Source: Chrysemys picta bellii (taxonomy: Eukaryota). Taken from it: a stretch of 64,000 bases of DNA. The notes below the pieces were generated by a model that saw only the letters and a program-made list of their open reading frames with translations, was not told the origin of the DNA and searched no databases. Made by a program: the position numbers and the translations under genes. Location of the stretch: positions 16,616,001 through 16,680,000 of the forward strand of contig NC_088799.1 in NCBI RefSeq assembly GCF_011386835.1. Reading direction: 5' to 3'. This document shows positions 63,130 to 64,000 of this stretch, in pieces. Within the stretch, counting starts at the first letter, position 1, and each line of letters starts with the position of its first letter.

Positions 63130-64000
63130 GTATCCAGTGGAGCATGGGATTGTCACATCTTGGGCGGACATGGAGGCTGTGTGGAAGAATGTCTATGCGC
63201 ATGACCTGAAGATGAAGGCAAGTGAGCGGCCAGCACTGTTCACCGAGGCACCGCTCAACCCACTGGTCAATCGAGAACATATGACAAAGATTCTCTTTGA
63301 GCACTTTGAGGTACCAGCCCTTTATGTGGCCATCCAGGCCGTACTGGCACTCTATGCGTCAGGCCTTACCACGGGCTGTGTGATGGACTCTGGCGATGGC
63401 GTTACCCACACTGTACCTATCTTTGAGGGCTACTGCTTGTCCCATGCCGTTCTCCGGCTTGACCTGGCTGGCCGTGACCTTACAGACTACCTGATGAGAA
63501 TCCTTAAAGAGAGCGGTATCTCCCTGGTCAGTACAGCTGAAAGGGAGATTGTACGAGACATGAAGGAGACCTTGTGTTATGTGTCTCTGTATCCAGAGGA
63601 GGAGTTGGCTAAGAAACCAAGTGAAGTAGAGAAATCCTACAGGCTGCCTGATGGGCAGGTTGTTAAAGTCCAGAATCAAAGGTTCCGCTGCCCTGAGACC
63701 CTTTTCTGCCCATCTAATATTGGCATGGAGGCCCCAGGGATTGACAAGCTCTGCTTTAACACCATCATGAAGTGTGACATTGACCTGAGGACCAACTTTT
63801 ATGCCAACATAGTCCTGTCTGGCGGTTCCAGCCTCTTCCCTGGCATGGCTGAGCGCATCACCAAAGAAATAATCCGCATGGTCCCCAGTGACACTGAGGT
63901 GAAGGTCATGGCTCCCCCTGACAGGAAGCTCTCTGTTTGGATGGGGGGCTCCATCCTCGCCTCCCTCTCTGCCTTCCAGCAAATGTGGATTACCATGGCA
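63130..64000 (+). CDS. ACTRT3: Actin-related protein T3, coding exon 2 (open to window end, stop not reached)
   Basis: Poly-T tract then gtgtag|; [12 protein letters not shown]...[23 protein letters not shown]; 290 uninterrupted codons. Absent from the ORF track because it has no stop in the window. Confidence 0.9.

Noticed and set aside
63359-63982. 207-aa antisense ORF
   Set aside because: Mirror frame of the ACTRT3 coding exon; no independent evidence.

Overview
Vertebrate genomic DNA, almost certainly a turtle (judged from the repeat families; species not determinable). It is syntenic with the human 3q26.2 block LRRIQ4-LRRC34-MYNN-tRNA-Val(AAC)-ACTRT3(-TERC). Genes, with exons reconstructed by hand from splice signals and frame continuity: LRRIQ4 (-, only the large first coding exon; later exons lie left of the window), LRRC34 (+, 11 coding exons, about 443 aa), MYNN (-, 7 coding exons, 615 aa), one tRNA-Val(AAC) (-) and a 2-exon actin-related gene, ACTRT3 (+), running off the right edge. 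TERC was not found in the window and is expected just beyond the right end. The rest is mostly mobile DNA: hAT MITEs with 8-bp TSDs, a decayed Harbinger element and its MITEs, solo LTRs, CR1/RTE fragments and Penelope-like (PLE) fragments. The most notable observations are: (1) short, TSD-flanked PLE terminal-repeat inserts carrying minimal hammerhead-ribozyme motifs with a CCGAAGA core, whose junctions cluster in the ribozyme; (2) a three-layer nested insertion beside the MYNN promoter; (3) a 36-bp telomere-hexamer-containing minisatellite; (4) a compact bidirectional promoter with two RFX X-boxes; (5) an ACTRT3 that retains key conventional-actin residues. Comparisons to human proteins are from recalled sequences, not database searches.
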